A stretch of 64,000 nt of DNA, taken from contig OZ024765.1 in NCBI GenBank assembly GCA_964016885.1, positions 11,780,001 through 11,844,000 of the forward strand, written 5' to 3'. A program made the translations under genes and the position numbers. The notes under the pieces were generated by a model, which worked only from the letters and a program-made list of their open reading frames with translations, had not been told where the DNA came from and did no database searches. The stretch is from Eledone cirrhosa. Lineage: Eukaryota. Below, piece after piece: positions 26,121 through 41,495 of this stretch. Numbering within the stretch: the first letter of the stretch is position 1; each line of letters starts with the position of its first letter.

Positions 26121-27251
26121 ATATCTGAATGTAATATCTGAACTTCCAAATATATTATCTCAATAGAACATGTTAGACAGAAATTTGAAAGTGGGCAATG
26201 AATTATTAGTTACGGGGAGAGAAAAAGGCACTCAACTCCTGATAAATCAATAGGGATATTTTGGGTATATCAACCCTTTAGCATTTCAACTGACCGTATC
26301 TGGCCAGAATTCTTTCACCTCTTTCTGTTCAAACCAACCATGATTGGCTGCTCATGCTTATGTTAAGGTATTGTTTTCAAAATAAATAATATCAAAATTT
26401 CATAGATTTGATATTATGTGAGATAATTATGTGAGATAAAACCTTTGCCATTAAAATACAGTAGTTAATATAGAGTAATGTAAATGCTGTGAGATAATTA
26501 TGTGAGGCAAAGTGTTTACCATGTAAATACAATAGTATATATGTCTAATCTACTCTGGCCGAGTTTACACTCGCAAATAAGAAGAACCAGGGCCACCCCT
26601 AGGAGCATTGGATTTGGTGTACTTCATATTTGTTTCAGTTGTTGAATACAGTCAGGGGTCACTGCTTCTCCTGAAGGTCAATAGTTCTCTTCTAAATCAG
26701 GCGGGGGTACCTTTCCATTGTCAATTTGCATTGATCATCTGCAAAGCTGCATTGTTCTCAGAACCACTACACCAGTCTTTCAAAGTGTGCAGCTGGAACT
26801 ACTGCCACCCATTGATTTGACAGGATTTTTTTTTTTGTATATATAGAATAATGTGAATGCTAAAGGGTTAAACTTGGCAGTATTCATCATTCTTCAGATC
26901 TGAACACAGCCAATATCTCCAAGAGATAGAGAGTGCAAGTTAAATAGGCTAAACAATAGGTAGAGCAATAAACAATAAGTTAAATAAACAGGACATAAAT
27001 GTGGGAAGTATTTTCAGCCTATTAGTTTAGTAGTACATAAATTTCCTTTGTCAAGACTTGACTGTACATATTACAAATATTTATTTCCTGTTTAAATAAA
27101 AAAAAAACAGTTTTGCTTTTTAGTACAAGTTTCCATGTATTTAATTGAAGATATTATTGACAGTTAATATTGAATTTGTTAACAGGCTGGGTTTGATCAT
27201 ACGTACAATGTATTAGAGTTGTCAATATATGTGTATAAGCACACATATATG

Positions 27252-27300
<49 letters not shown>

Positions 27301-27446
27301 AGTTAATATATATATATATGTATAAATATATATATAAATATATATATGTATATATATATGTATACATATGTATGTATATATATATACATACATACACTCA
27401 GATAAACACATATCTACACATTGCATATACTCATGAGTGTACATAG

Positions 27447-27507
<61 letters not shown>

Positions 27508-27532
27508 GATAGGGAGAGAGATACATATATAT

Positions 27533-27601
<69 letters not shown>

Positions 27602-27631
27602 CATACATACATATATACATACATACAAAAA

Positions 27632-28596
27632 AAATATCATTAGAATAGTGACTGATCTGGAGGAGAGATATGGAATAAAGCCTGATATAAATCTCTCACC
27701 CAGAGAAATCGGAAGATCCTATTCAATGTTCAAACAAGATAAAAAAAATTGACCAATTTACAGAAAAAGTTGTGCATGGATACTTGAGACGTAAAACACA
27801 GACCATAGAGAGGATAAACCACTCAAAAAGCCTGGCATGGAGTTCCGACAAGTTTATGACATCACACCTTGAGGGATATCTCTATGCAATACAGGAACAA
27901 GAACTCCCTACCAAATATCTGCTGCACAAAAAAGGAGGGCCAGCAGTTGACAATAAATGTAGTCTATGTAAAACAAAGATCGAGGATGTAAGCCACATTG
28001 TTGCCAGCTGCAAAAGAATGTCATCTCGCTACTACCTCGATAGCTAGAACCATCTGGAACGCACTTCGGAAAACAAAATTAACAACAAACGAGGAAGAAT
28101 ATATTGGGACAGATGGCACTAAGGAATACTGGTGGAACCTGAAAATAAAAACTGCCACCAAATTAAAGCACAACCGGCCTGATATTGTTGTTTGGGACCA
28201 CACATTGAAAACGTGTTCTGTTGTGGAGATCAGCTGCCCACTTGATGTAAACGTTGTCAGAAAAATACAGGAGAAGCAGGACATCTACGGACCATTGATG
28301 AGGAGTTTACAAATCCAGTATCCAAGATACACCTTTAGCTTCATACCCATCATTATTGGAGCTACGGGTTATATACCAACCCGCTTGGACCAAAGTATGA
28401 CTGAACTTGGATTTGCGGACAAAAAGCACAGCTCCCTAATTCATAGTCTGCAAATGGCTGCGATAGCTGGCACCTTCAAAATTTGCAAAACATTCTTGCG
28501 ATTCAAGGGATGACAATTTCTTTTCTTTTACAACCTTGCCACCAGGAAGGTGGCCGGTCAAAAAAAATATACTTGAAATTAAGAGAAAGAGATAAC
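27632..28596 (+). mobile_element. R4/Dong-like RLE non-LTR retrotransposon 3' portion (frameshifted)
   Basis: AIQEQEL..KY; CCHC knuckle CSLC-x8-H-x4-C; RLE motif RPDIVVWD..VVEISCP; PIIIGATG. Confidence 0.85.
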
Positions 28597-28601
28597 ATAC
28601 A

Positions 28602-28657
<56 letters not shown>

Positions 28658-29085
28658 CATATTTATATACATACATACATATACATATATACATACATAT
28701 ATACATATATATATACATACATACATATATATACATATATACATATATACATACATACATATATATACATATATACATACATACATATTATACATACATA
28801 TATATACATATTTATATACATACATACATATACATATATACATATATACATACATATATATATATATATAAATATACATATATATATATACATACATATA
28901 TATATATACATACATATATATATATACATACATATATATATATATATACATACATATATATATACATGCATACATACATACATATATACATATATGCATA
29001 CATAGATACATATATATATACACATATATCCATACATATATACACACACACACACATATATATATACATACATATATATATATAT

Positions 29086-29147
<62 letters not shown>

Positions 29148-29289
29148 AATAAGACTATATAGTTTTATTAGTTTCCAGTTCAGTCATCAATGTCAGCCAT
29201 TAGTGTCTTCACTATATCTAGGGAACTTTTATTGTCTCTCAGTCTCTTAATATGTCCTCTTTATATCGCCTCACATAACCTTTGCCACC

Positions 29290-30070
29290 TCTGTCTCACC
29301 CCCCTCTCTCCATCTCTCTCCCCCCTCTTTGTCTCTCTCCCCCTCTCTCTCTGTCTCTCTCTCTCCCCTCCCCATCTCTCTCCCCCCTCTCTCTCTCTAT
29401 CTCTCACTATCTCTCACCCCCCTCTCTCCATCTCTCTCTGTCTCTCTCCCCCCTCTTTGTCTCTCTCCCCCTCTCTCTCTGTCTCTCACCCCATCTCCCC
29501 CCTCTCTCTATCTCTCACTATCTCTCACCCCCCTCTCTCCCTCTCTCACCCCCCTCTCTCCATCTCTCTCTGTCTCTCTCCCCCCTCTTTGTCTCTCTCC
29601 CCCTCTCTCTCTGTCTCTCTCTCTCCCCTCCCTATCTCTCACCCCATCTCTCTCCCCCCTCTCTCTATCTCTCACTATCTCTCACCCCCCCTCTCTCCAT
29701 CTCTCTCTGTCTCTCTCCCCCCTCTTTGTCTCTCTCCCCCTCTCTCTCTGTCTCTCTCTCTCTCCCTTCTCTATCTCTCACCCCATCTCTCTCCCCCCTC
29801 TCTCTCTCTATCTCTCACTATCTCTCACCCCCCCTCTCTCCATCTCTCTCTGTCTCTCTCCCCCCTCTTTGTCTCTCTCCCCCTCTCTCTCTCTCTGTCT
29901 CTCTCTCTCCCCTCTCTATATCTCCCCCCATCTCTCTCCCCCCTCTCTCTCTCTATCTCTCACTATCTCTCACCCCCTCTCTCTCCACCTCTCTCTCGCT
30001 ATCTCACTCCACCTTTCTCTCTCCCCCCTCCCCTTCTCTCTTTTCCTACTCTCTCCCTCTCTCCCTCTCT
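29290..30070. repeat. (CT)-rich polypyrimidine minisatellite
   Basis: Direct inspection. Confidence 0.9.
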
Positions 30071-30299
30071 CTTAATATGTCCTTTTTACATTGCCCCTCA
30101 CTCAACCTTTACCACCTCCCTCTCTCTCTCTCGACAAACAAAGAAACATCTCACTCTCTCACAGACCCTACTCCCTCTCTCTTTATCCCCTCTTAGCTCC
30201 TCCACCCTATCCCTCAGTGGCTTTGTTTTCGCTGTGTTTCTTAGCCAATATATTTGGGATGATACATATACATATATGTTAATGCGGAATAGTGTGTGT

Positions 30300-30547
30300 C
30301 ATCATCATCATCATCATCAACGTTTAATGTCCGTGTTCCACGCTTGCATGGGTTTGGACGGGGGTAGTCCCACTTGAGGCAAGAGTGATTGTCTTGCTCG
30401 CATAGGACTGTCTGGCAGGTTTTCTACAGTTGGATGCCCTTCCTAACACCAACCACATTTACAGTGTGGGTCTGGGAGGTTTTTACCGTGTTGCCTACAC
30501 GGCCACATTACAGCGTGAACTGTGTGTTTTTTTGTCGTGACACCTAC
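30300..30547 (-). mobile_element. SINE-like family 3
   Basis: GGATGCCCTTCCTAACACC core. Confidence 0.75.
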
Positions 30548-30571
30548 ATGTGTGTGTGTATAATAATAATA

Positions 30572-31172
30572 ATAATAATGAAATTATTGTGTACAGTGCT
30601 CAGGTGCACTACAACTCATCAAAGGTGCATGTATAGTACATAGAATAATGTACAAATGTCAGGAAAATGAACAGTGTATGAGTCATGATACAATAATAAT
30701 GAAATATTGTGTACAGTGCCCAGGTGCACCACAACTCATCAAAGGTGCATGTATAGTACATAGAATAATGTACAAATGTCAGGAAAATGAACAGTGTATG
30801 AGTCATGATACAATAATAATGAAATATTGTGTACAGTGCCCAGGTGCACCACAACTCATCAAAGGTGCATGTATAGTACATAGAATAATGTACAAATGTC
30901 AGGAAAATGAACAGTGTATGAGTCATGATACAATAATAATGAAATATTGTGTACAGTGCCCAGGTGCACTACAACTCATCAAAGATGCATGTATAGTACA
31001 TAGAATAATGTACAAATGTCAGGAAAATGAACAGTGTATGAGTCATGATACAATAATAATGAAATATTGTGTACAGTGCCCAGGTGCACCACAACTCATC
31101 AAAAAGTGCATGTACAGTACATGGGGCAATGCACAAACATCAGTAAAATGAACAGTGCATGAGCCATGATAC
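30572..31172. repeat. 120-bp tandem repeat, about 5 copies
   Basis: Lines 30661, 30781, 30901 and 31021 are identical. Confidence 0.95.
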
Positions 31173-31259
31173 ACACATGTGTGCATGTGTATGGAAGGGG
31201 TACATCAGGTGTAGTTTTGGCGTATTTCAGGAAGCATATATATATATATATATATATAT

Positions 31260-31732
31260 ATCATCATCATCATTTTACGTCCACTTTTCCCTGCTTGCAA
31301 GGGTGGGACAGGTCCTATTCAGCACAGCATCTCTCCACTTGTCACAGTCCTTCGTCATCTCCTCCATGAGCTTCAGCAATCTGAGGTCAGCTCTCACCAC
31401 CTCCGCCCATGATTTTCGGGGTCTTCCTCTACTGCGTCGTCCTTTTACTGGGATCTCTTGGCACTTCTTTACCCAGCGGTCATCTCTCATGCACACCCCA
31501 TGTCCATACCATCGCAGTCTTCTCTCGCGCACACCACAACTTATCCCCCTTAAACACAGTTTCTCTCTCAACTCATCACATGTCCATACCATCTCAGTCT
31601 TCTCTCCTGCACACCACAACTTATCCCCCTTAAACACAGTTTCTCTCTCAACTCATCACATGTCCATACCATCTCAGTCTTCTCTCCCGCGCACCACAAC
31701 TTATCCCTCTTATACACAGTTTCTCTCTCAAA
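31260..31732 (-). mobile_element. RTE LINE 3' fragment with internal triplication of about 78 bp
   Basis: RERRLRWYGH...RGRPRKSW; CATGTCCATACCAT occurs three times. Confidence 0.85.
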
Positions 31733-32615
31733 TTTACTCACATGTTAACTTACACCATACTCACACTTACACACACACACACACACATACATATAGACAG
31801 AGATAGCTAGCTAGATAGATAGGTAGACAGACAGACAGCTAGATAGATAGATTGATATATACATGGATAGATAAATAGACAGACAGATAGATAGATAGAG
31901 AGAGAGAAAGATAGATAGATAGAGAGAGAGAAAGATAGATATATTTCTTTATTTGCCACAAGAAAAGGGGACAATACAAAGACACATGCCGGGGATTTTA
32001 CATACAGTCGTGTAAAAATATTGAAACATATTTAACAATCGAAATCCCTAATAGGGGGAAGGCGTCACAGATGGGTTGTTTAATACCCCGTAGATAAAAC
32101 AACCCTCAACTTCAGCAGTATCATATTTTTTTCACATTTACATTAAAACGCGTTTTATTATATTTACATTTGCTTGCTTTTTACATTCCCTCAAAGTTAT
32201 TACCCAATAATTTAATTTCCAAACAACAATTTATGTCTCATTCATTCTGGTAAATTCCATAGAACCATATGTACCTTCAAGAGAGAACCATGTCATAATT
32301 CTCTCTAGTTTTCTTCTCTTAAAATGGCTGATGAAGCTGCTCATAATATCACTAGCTGAAGCTTAGCTGTGTCTTATTATAGGAGGCGATTATATTTATA
32401 TTTGTTTTGTGTAAATATTTTCCGGGCTCTTAAATTCATTTAGACATATGTCGTACTTATAAAGTTTCTAGCTTATATTCAATTATTTATTGAACACTTT
32501 AACAATAAAATGCTTCATGCTTAGATGTATTAAGTTGTATTATCTTGGACATTTGCATGTCTATAAATATATGTATAGAGAGAGAGAGGAAGAGATTGGG
32601 GACAGAGGAAGACAC

Positions 32616-32651
<36 letters not shown>

Positions 32652-33034
32652 CGAGGCAGACAGAGAAAGAGAGGGGGGGGGGCTATTAGCTCACATGTGT
32701 TCACATACAAACACCCAACTCACATACACACAAACACACAATGCACACACACGCAAACACACAATCCACACACACACACACACATAAACACCCATCCCAA
32801 CACACACACACACACACTGGATTATGACCATAAATAAGATATACTGTATAAACTACATGTCTGTGTAACAACCTTAGAAAACTTAGCAAACAAAATGGCT
32901 GGAGCTCTATACAAAGTTGTCAAAGACATGTTAACATCCCAAGTGCTGCTGTCAACATAAAATGTGCTCGGTTGTGTGTGGGGTCATAAATAAGCCAGAC
33001 GCAAGCTCCTAGCCTGGATCTGGATGGTTTAAAT

Positions 33035-33308
33035 CAGGCATTTGCAACCTTTTTCAAGAAGCAGGCCACATGAGATATGGCTCAAGCACTAATTTACATT
33101 CGTGCCCACATTTAAATAAGTGGTGGTAACTCAGGTTGTTTTGATTTGTTTCTTCAGAATTCGTACAAGTTGTTTTCCTCGATCATAAAAATGATAGAAA
33201 GATAAATTATAACTGAACAGATGGGCTAAAAAAATCAGAAAGATTTCACTTAGGTGACTTAGGCGAGCCATTGAGAAAGCTTTGCGCGCCACAGCTTGCC
33301 CATGACTG
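33035..33308. mobile_element. hAT-like MITE (degenerate copy)
   Basis: Homologous to 34257-34510. Confidence 0.65.
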
Positions 33309-33504
33309 GCCTAGTCAAAAACCTATTACTGGAATGAAAGAGGCTACCAAAACATCTAATACTTGTGACAAGCAAAGAAGATGTTACTCTTTTAACATTT
33401 ACATTACTCTATATTTACTATTGTATTTTTGTGGTAAAGGCTATACCTCACATAGATATCTCACATAATATCAAATCTATGAGAGTTTGATATTATTTAT
33501 TTTT

Positions 33505-34170
33505 GAGAAAAAAGATCAGAGTCTACAAAGCAGTTGTAGTAACTACGGCCCTCTACGGAGCTGAAAGCTGGGTCCTGTACCGGAAACAGATCAAGCTACT
33601 GGAAAGATTCAATCAGCAATGCCTTCACTCCATCATGGACATCCGTTGGCAGGACTATGTAACAAACGAGGAAGTTCTCAAGAGGGCCGATATCACAAAC
33701 ATTGAGAACATGCTGATGCTGATACAGCTCTGCTAAGTAGGTCATGTCTTACACATGAACGACTTTAGGATGTCAAAGGCAGTTTTCCACGGCAAATAGT
33801 GTCATGGTAATCGAAATCAAGGGGCCCCTGAAAACACTTCAAGGACCAACTCAAGCGGCAGCTGATCCAAGGCAATATTCATCACAGGGAATGGGAACAC
33901 ATGGCAGAGGACAGAGAGAAATGGAGAGTGACCACAAAACAGCTGCAGCCAGCTTTGAGGAGGGCAGGAAGGTAGCGGTTGAAGACAAACATCAAAGAAG
34001 AAAGCTGTCCATGACCCAAACACCAACTGACCAAATATACACTTGCCCCAACTGTACCAGAGCCTACAGGTCCAGGATTGGCCTCTACAGCCACCTCAGT
34101 GCATGCCACCGCATGGAACAGGACAACAATTCTTCGCACTGATCTTCGCAAGCGAAGAATTCACCATTCC
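33505..34170 (+). mobile_element. RTE/BovB-like LINE 3' portion with C2H2 finger
   Basis: KIRVYKAVVVTTALYGAESW...; CPNCTRAYRSRIGLYSH. Confidence 0.9.
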
Positions 34171-34256
34171 CCTTAACATCAATATGAGTGACTGGTTACA
34201 ACCAGTTTGAACAGAAAGAGGTGAGAGAATTCTGGCTGGATATAGATGTTTTAAAT

Positions 34257-34510
34257 TAGGCATGGGCAACCTTTTTCGAGAAGTGGGCCACATGAGATAT
34301 AGCTCATAATCAGGCAGGCCACATTAAAAAAAAATGCGGTAACTCAGGTTGTTTTGATTTGTTTCTTCAGAATTCGTACTCGTTGTTTTCCTCGATTGTA
34401 AAAATGATAGAAAGATAAATTACGACTGAAAAGTTGGGGTAAAAAAATCGGAAAGATTTCACTTAGGTGACTTTGAGAAAGCTTCGCGGGCCGCAGGTTG
34501 CCCATGACTG
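34257..34510. mobile_element. hAT-like MITE
   Basis: TIRs TAGGCATGGGCAACCT / AGGTTGCCCATGACTG; 8-bp TSD TTTTAAAT/GTTTAAAT. Confidence 0.8.
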
Positions 34511-34622
34511 GTTTAAATGCTATTAGGTGAAACCAGACAATGATGAAAAATGAACATCTTGTCTTGGTAGTTATTCATATATCATTACTATGTGGTGTGT
34601 TATGTATCAACCTATATAGACA

Positions 34623-35012
34623 CTAGCCAAATTACCCGCCCCTTGCTGCGTTTCACACATTATTTTTGTAAGAAAATGATGATTGATTTTAAATCGGTGA
34701 TATAATTTATGGAGTAAAACTCCATTAGGGTGTCTTAATATTATTGAAATTTGCTGAAATTTTGTGAATAGGCATCATATCTTGTCATTTACCTATGATT
34801 TAAATTTCATATGAATCGAAGGGAACACATGTTGAGCGGAGTTTTGCGCCCCCAGGGAACTATTTGATTAAAATGAAATATACTTATCCAAGTACCCTGG
34901 GCAATGTAGTTTCAGAATATATATGGTTATGGGGGTTATCTCTAAAACCATAGGAGGTGTTTGTGAACAAACAAACAGACAGGAACTACAACTTTATATA
35001 TATATATATAGA
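34623..35012 (-). mobile_element. Non-autonomous Helitron
   Basis: Minus strand: A|TCTATATATA start, internal TGTCTGTTTGTTTG, GC-rich subterminal segment and CTAG|T end. Confidence 0.7.
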
Positions 35013-35222
35013 TATGTCATTTGTAGAATGGTACAATGAAATATAAACATCCTGTCATGTAGTTATTCATGTATCATTACTATAACCTATAAACATACAT
35101 GTCATCTGTAAAATGGTACTATCAACATGGAATGGTTAATCTGGCTTACATGTTGATTAATTAATTATAGTGGTGAATGTGGGCCACATACCTAATTAAT
35201 TACTGATTGAAACAAAGAGAAA

Positions 35223-35274
<52 letters not shown>

Positions 35275-35367
35275 ATAATAATAAATTTGAAGACTAAAAT
35301 TCAAAGAGGGCTCGATAAGGATAATATTTTAATTAATATATATATATTATATATATATATATATATA

Positions 35368-35447
<80 letters not shown>

Positions 35448-35482
35448 ATATATATATATAGAGAGAGAGAGCGAGAGAGAGA

Positions 35483-35622
<140 letters not shown>

Positions 35623-35634
35623 AGAGAGAGAGAG

Positions 35635-35730
<96 letters not shown>

Positions 35731-35742
35731 ATATATATATAT

Positions 35743-36079
35743 GGAGGCACATGGCTTAGTGGTTAGAGCATTGGCCTTGCAATCGAAAGGTTGTGAGTTC
35801 AATTCTCAGACCGGGTTATGTGTTGTTTCCTTGAGCAAGACACTTTATTTCATATTGCTCCAGTTCACTCAGCTGTAGAAATGAGATGATAGGGACTGGG
35901 GTCCATATCATTCCACTGCAAAGTGGTCGTGGAGGTGCCACGGCAAAAAAGCACCCAGCACTCACTGTAAATGAGGTTGGTGTTAGGAAGGGCATCCAGC
36001 TGTAGAAATCAAGCCAGAATCAGTTCCTGTCCCCCCCTTGCAAGCAGGGAAAAGCGGACGTAAAATGATGATGATGATG
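35743..36079 (+). mobile_element. tRNA-derived SINE family 2, full length
   Basis: A/B boxes, central domain, RTE-type tail plus (TGA)n. Confidence 0.85.
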
Positions 36080-36135
36080 ATATATATAAATTTATATATC
36101 TATATATGTGTGTGTGTGAGTGTATATATATATAA

Positions 36136-36197
<62 letters not shown>

Positions 36198-36322
36198 GTA
36201 TATATACATATATATGTATATATACATATATATATATGTGTTTGTGTGTGTGTGTATATATATCAATTTATATATATGTGTGGGTGCGTGTGTGTGTGTA
36301 TATGTGAGTCTGTGAGTGACAA

Positions 36323-36510
36323 ATAATTGTTTCTACTTTTGGCACAAGGCCAGCAATCACCCAGTACATTACTGGTACTTTATTTTATCGACCCCGTAAG
36401 GATGAAAGGCAAAGTCAACCTCGGCGGGATTTGAACTCAGATCATAAAGGGCCGTAACTCTATGCTGCAAAGCATAGTGTCCGACCCTCTACCGATACTG
36501 CCAATCCACC
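36323..36510 (-). mobile_element. SINE family 1
   Basis: Homology to 9665-9857. Confidence 0.8.
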
Positions 36511-36787
36511 TGACAAATAATACCATTTAATGGTGATTATGATGATGATGATGGGGAGTATATGAAAGGATAGGGGGGGATATGTAAGGAGAGGAGTGGG
36601 GGATATATAAGGGACACTGTGTCAGGTGGAGCAGTGTTGGAACAACAACAACACCACCAATGACCAAACCCCATCACATCCTCTCCAAAAGAGCACCAAG
36701 GTGGTGGTGGTGGTGTGGAGGGGGTTGATACAGGAAATAGAGGTTAATTCTATCAGATGAAATGGCTGTGAGGATTGTGAGACTTTG

Positions 36788-37873
36788 AGAAGAAGATGAA
36801 GAAGAAAAAGAAAAAGAAGAAAAAGAAGAAGGCAAAGAAGAAGAGAAGAAGAAGGCAAAGAAGAAGAAGAAGAAGAAGAAGAAGAAGAAGAAGAAGAAGA
36901 AGAAGAAGAAGAAGGCAAAGAAGAAGAGGAGAAGAAGAAGGCAAAGAAGAAGAAGAAGAAGAAGAAGAAGAAGAAGAAGAAGAAGAAGGCAAAGAAGAAG
37001 GCAAAGAAGAAGAAGAAGAAGAAGAAGAAAAGGAAGAAGAAGAAGAAGAAGGCAAAGAAGAAGAAGAAGGCAAAGAAGAAGAAGAAGGCAAAGAAGAAGA
37101 AGAAGAAGAAGAAGAAGGCAAAGAAGAAGAAGAAGGCAAAGAAGAAGAAGAAGAAGAAGAAGAAGAAGAAGAAAAGGAAGAAAAAGAAGAAGAAAAAGAA
37201 GAAGAAGAAGAAACGGAAGAAAAAGAAGAAGAAAAAGAAGAAGAAGGCAAAGAAGAAGAAGAAGAAGAAAAAGAAGAAGAAGGCAAAGAAGAAGAAGAAG
37301 AAGGCAAAGAAGAAGAAGAAGAAGAAGAAGAAGAAGAAGAAGAAGGCAAAGAAGAAGAGGAGAAGAAGAAGGCAAAGAAGAAGAAGAAGAAGAAGAAGAA
37401 GAAGAAGAAGAAGAAGAAGAAGAAGGCAAAGAAGAAGGCAAAGAAGAAGAAGAAGAAGAAGAAGAAGAAGAAAAGGAAGAAGAAGAAGAAGGCAAAGAAG
37501 AAGAAGAAGGCAAAGAAGAAGAAGAAGGCAAAGAAGAAGAAGAAGAAGAAGAAGAAGAAGGCAAAGAAGAAGAAGAAGGCAAAGAAGAAGAAGAAGAAGA
37601 AGAAGAAAAGGAAGAAGAAGAAGAAGAAACGGAAGAAAAAGAAGAAGAAAAAGAAGAAGAAGGCAAAGAAGAAGAAGAAGAAGAAAAAGAAGAAGAAGGC
37701 AAAGAAGAAGAAGAAGAAGAAAAAGAAGAAGAAGGCAAAGAAGAAGAAGAAGAAGGCAAAGAAGAAGAAGAAGAAGAAGAAGAAGAAGAAGAAGAAGAAG
37801 AAGAAGAAGAAGAAGAAGAAGAAGAAGAAGGCAAAGAAGAAGGAGAAGAAGAAGAAGAAGAAGAAGAAGAAGA
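36788..37873. repeat. (GAA)n tract of about 1.1 kb punctuated by GGCAAA
   Basis: Direct inspection. Confidence 0.95.
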
Positions 37874-37966
37874 TTGAAAAGTAAAATTGAAGACAGAGGA
37901 AAGCTCTATTGAAAACAAAATTTACCAATGAACCAATTATCGTGTCTGGTGTGTGTATATATATAC

Positions 37967-37999
<33 letters not shown>

Positions 38000-38425
38000 C
38001 ATATATATATATATGTATATATATACATATATATATATATATATGTATATATATACATATATATATATATAAATATATATATATAAATATATATATATAA
38101 ATATATATATATACATATATATATATACATATATATATACATATATATATACATATATATATACATATATATACATATATATATATACATATATATATAT
38201 ACATATATATACACATATATATATATATACACACATATATATCTATATATCTATATATATACACACATATATATATGTGTGAATATATAGATATATATAT
38301 ATATATATGTGTGTATATATATATATGTGTGTATATATATGTATATATATATATATGTATGTATATATTCATGAAAATATATGTGGGTGTTTGTGAATAT
38401 ATGTACATACACATATAAGTATGTG

Positions 38426-38459
<34 letters not shown>

Positions 38460-38477
38460 CACACATATATGTGTGTC

Positions 38478-38527
<50 letters not shown>

Positions 38528-38839
38528 GACACACATATATGTATATGTGTGCAATGATCATCTTGCTGAAAGGATGGTGACAAAATAAGTAAAAGCAATT
38601 TATTTTACTAATAATAATATTGATTAGAGAAATTGATTTTTCATTTTGTTTATAGATTTTATTATTATTTTCTTCCATCACCACCACCTCCTCCCCTGGA
38701 CACACTCTTTCTTTCACTCTCTTTCACAAACATTCTCTCTTTCATTTAGTCTCTGTCACAGACACTCTCTCTCCTTCACAAAGACTATCTTTCTCACTCT
38801 TTTACATACATACTCTTTCTTTCACTATCTTTCACACCA

Positions 38840-39386
38840 ACACACACACACACACACTTTTTCTGTCAACTCTTTCACACACAGACACTCTCTCTTTCAA
38901 ACACACACATACACTCTCTCTTTCACATACACACATACACTCTTTATTTCACATACACACAGACACTCTCTCTTTCAAACACACACAGACACTCTCTCTT
39001 TCACATACACACATACATTTTTTATTTCACATACACACAGACACTCTCTCTTTCACACACACACATACACTCTTCATTTCACACACATACAGACACTCTC
39101 TCTTTCACACACACACATACACTCTTTCTTTCACATGCACACAGACACTCTCTCTTTCACACACACACACATACACTCTTTCTTTCACATACACACAGAC
39201 ACTCTCTCTTTCACACACACACAGACACTCTTTCTTTCACATGCACACAGACACTCTCTCTTTCACACACACACACATACACTCTTTCTTTCACATACAC
39301 ACAGACACTCTCTCTTTCACACACACACATACACTCTTTCTTTCACATGCACACAGACACTCTCTCTTTCACACACATACACTCTC

Positions 39387-39426
<40 letters not shown>

Positions 39427-40280
39427 TTTCTTTCACACACACACATACACTCTCTCTTTCACACACACACAGACACTCTCTCTTTCACACACACACACTC
39501 TCTCTTTCACACACATACACTCTCTCTTTCACACACACACACACACACCCACACAGACACTCTTTCTTTCACACACACACAGACACTCTCTCTTTCACAC
39601 ACACACATACACTCTCTCTTTCACACACACACAGACACTCTCTCTTTCACACACATACACTCTCTCTTTCACACACACACACATACACTCTTTCTTTCAC
39701 ACACACACAGACACTCTCTCTTTCACACACACACACAGACACTCTTTCTTTCACACACACACAGACACTCTCTCTTTCACACACACACATACACTCTCTC
39801 TTTCACACACACACAGACACTCTCTCTTTCACACACATACACTCTCTCTTTCACACACACACACAGACACTCTTTCTTTCACACACACACAGACACTCTC
39901 TCTTTCACACACACACATACACTCTTTCTTTCACACACACACAGACACTCTCTCTTTCACATACACTCTTCATTTCACACACACACACATACACTCTCTC
40001 TTTCACATACACACATACGCTCTTCATTTCACACACACACACACACACACATACACTCTTTATTTTACATACACACAGACATTCTCTTTCATACACACAG
40101 GCTCTCTCTTTCACACACACACACACAGACACTCTCTTTCATACACACAGGCTCTCTCTTTCACAAACACTCTCTTTCAAACACAAACACTCTCTCTTTC
40201 ACATACACACACTCTCTTTCAAACATACACACACTCTCTCTTTCACACACACACACTCTCTCTTTCACACACACACGCTC
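38840..40280. repeat. CACAGACACTCTCTCTTT-type minisatellite
   Basis: Direct inspection. Confidence 0.9.
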
Positions 40281-41495
40281 TGATATATTCCCTACAATTA
40301 TCTCCCTTTCTCCCCCTATAAACTCACTGTTCACAAATATTTACCGTCTCCAAATTCCAGATTGTCTGTTGTCGTCATGTTGTAATAAAAGCTGCTGATA
40401 TCTCTAATATTCTCTCATGTCAAATTGACGGAAGTTTTGTCATCAGCTATTAAATCTGACATATACTGTCAGATCTGAAGAATAGATGGGATAAATGAGA
40501 TCAATAGATGATCTGACAATACTATGATCTATCAATATTTTCAGATAGATTAGTTTCTTCATATTACGTCAATGACATTAACTACATGTCAAAGACTGAG
40601 AAATGTAACTATTAAATGTTCATGTCTCTTAGTTTATACTCTAAGGAATGCAGCTCGAAAATTTCCTAGCTTATTTTTGTTACCGTATTTCCCAGTGCCA
40701 AGGACACTTCGTCCTCGAGGACGCCCCCCCCTAATTTTGACAACCAAAAATTAAAAAAAAAAAAATAAATAAAGATATTAACTCATTTGAAACCTTTTAC
40801 ACTTCACCAGCGTTATTTTAAGCGCAATCTGCCTTGCTACCCACGTTGCTCATTCGATATATAGATATGTAGATAGACAGATATATAAATACATATAACA
40901 TCTAGATAGACAAGCAGATATGGTCAGTCAGAGCAGGCGAGATTAATTTTTTTTTATGATATAAACACATAAAAGATTAATGTACACCTCACCCCACGCT
41001 CGAATATATGAACTCTGGAAAAAAATAAATTTTTTTTTTTTTTTTGTGTAGGGGTTGGAGTGACAAATACATAAAATTTTAATGAAAAAGAACAACAACA
41101 ATAATAATAAAAAATACATGCCTCTCGTATGTTTAAAAAGCACGAAAAAATATATGTAACAAAAACCTCTGGTTGCGGCTTTCCTGAGACAAATAATATA
41201 TTTGGGTGGTATAAATTCTTCAAAATGGTGACTTACCTAGAATGAGAGAGAAAAATAGATGGAAAAAAATTAATAAAACATTTGAAATGAAATAAATAAC
41301 AATAAATAGCCAAAAAAATGGAAAAAAAAATGCATAACAACATTTAAATCTTTAGTATTTACATTACTCCATATCTTTGGCTCTCAAAGTGGGCACTATC
41401 GCCATCTGGGGGGGGGGGGGGGGGGGGGGCGTTGAAAAGATCAAGGGGACGGTGAGGCCGAAGGGGGTAGTAGAGATGATATAATAGTGTATTAA

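Noticed and set aside
30648-31151. Cys-rich 40-aa repeat ORF
   Set aside because: Product of a 120-bp tandem repeat; no domain similarity or splice context.
32328-32380. CTGATGA-AGCT...AGCT-GAAG hammerhead-like motif
   Set aside because: GAAA is altered and stems I and III are not convincing; at best a decayed copy.
35743-35815. tRNA gene
   Set aside because: A/B boxes are present, but there is no acceptor stem and the sequence continues into a SINE body.
36674-40398. Long ORFs of 324-654 aa
   Set aside because: Translations of (GAA)n, (TA)n and (CA/CT)n repeats.
40345-40474. Minus-strand exon candidate (TTCTTCAG acceptor, GTAAAT donor)
   Set aside because: Stops occur in all three frames; no recognisable product.
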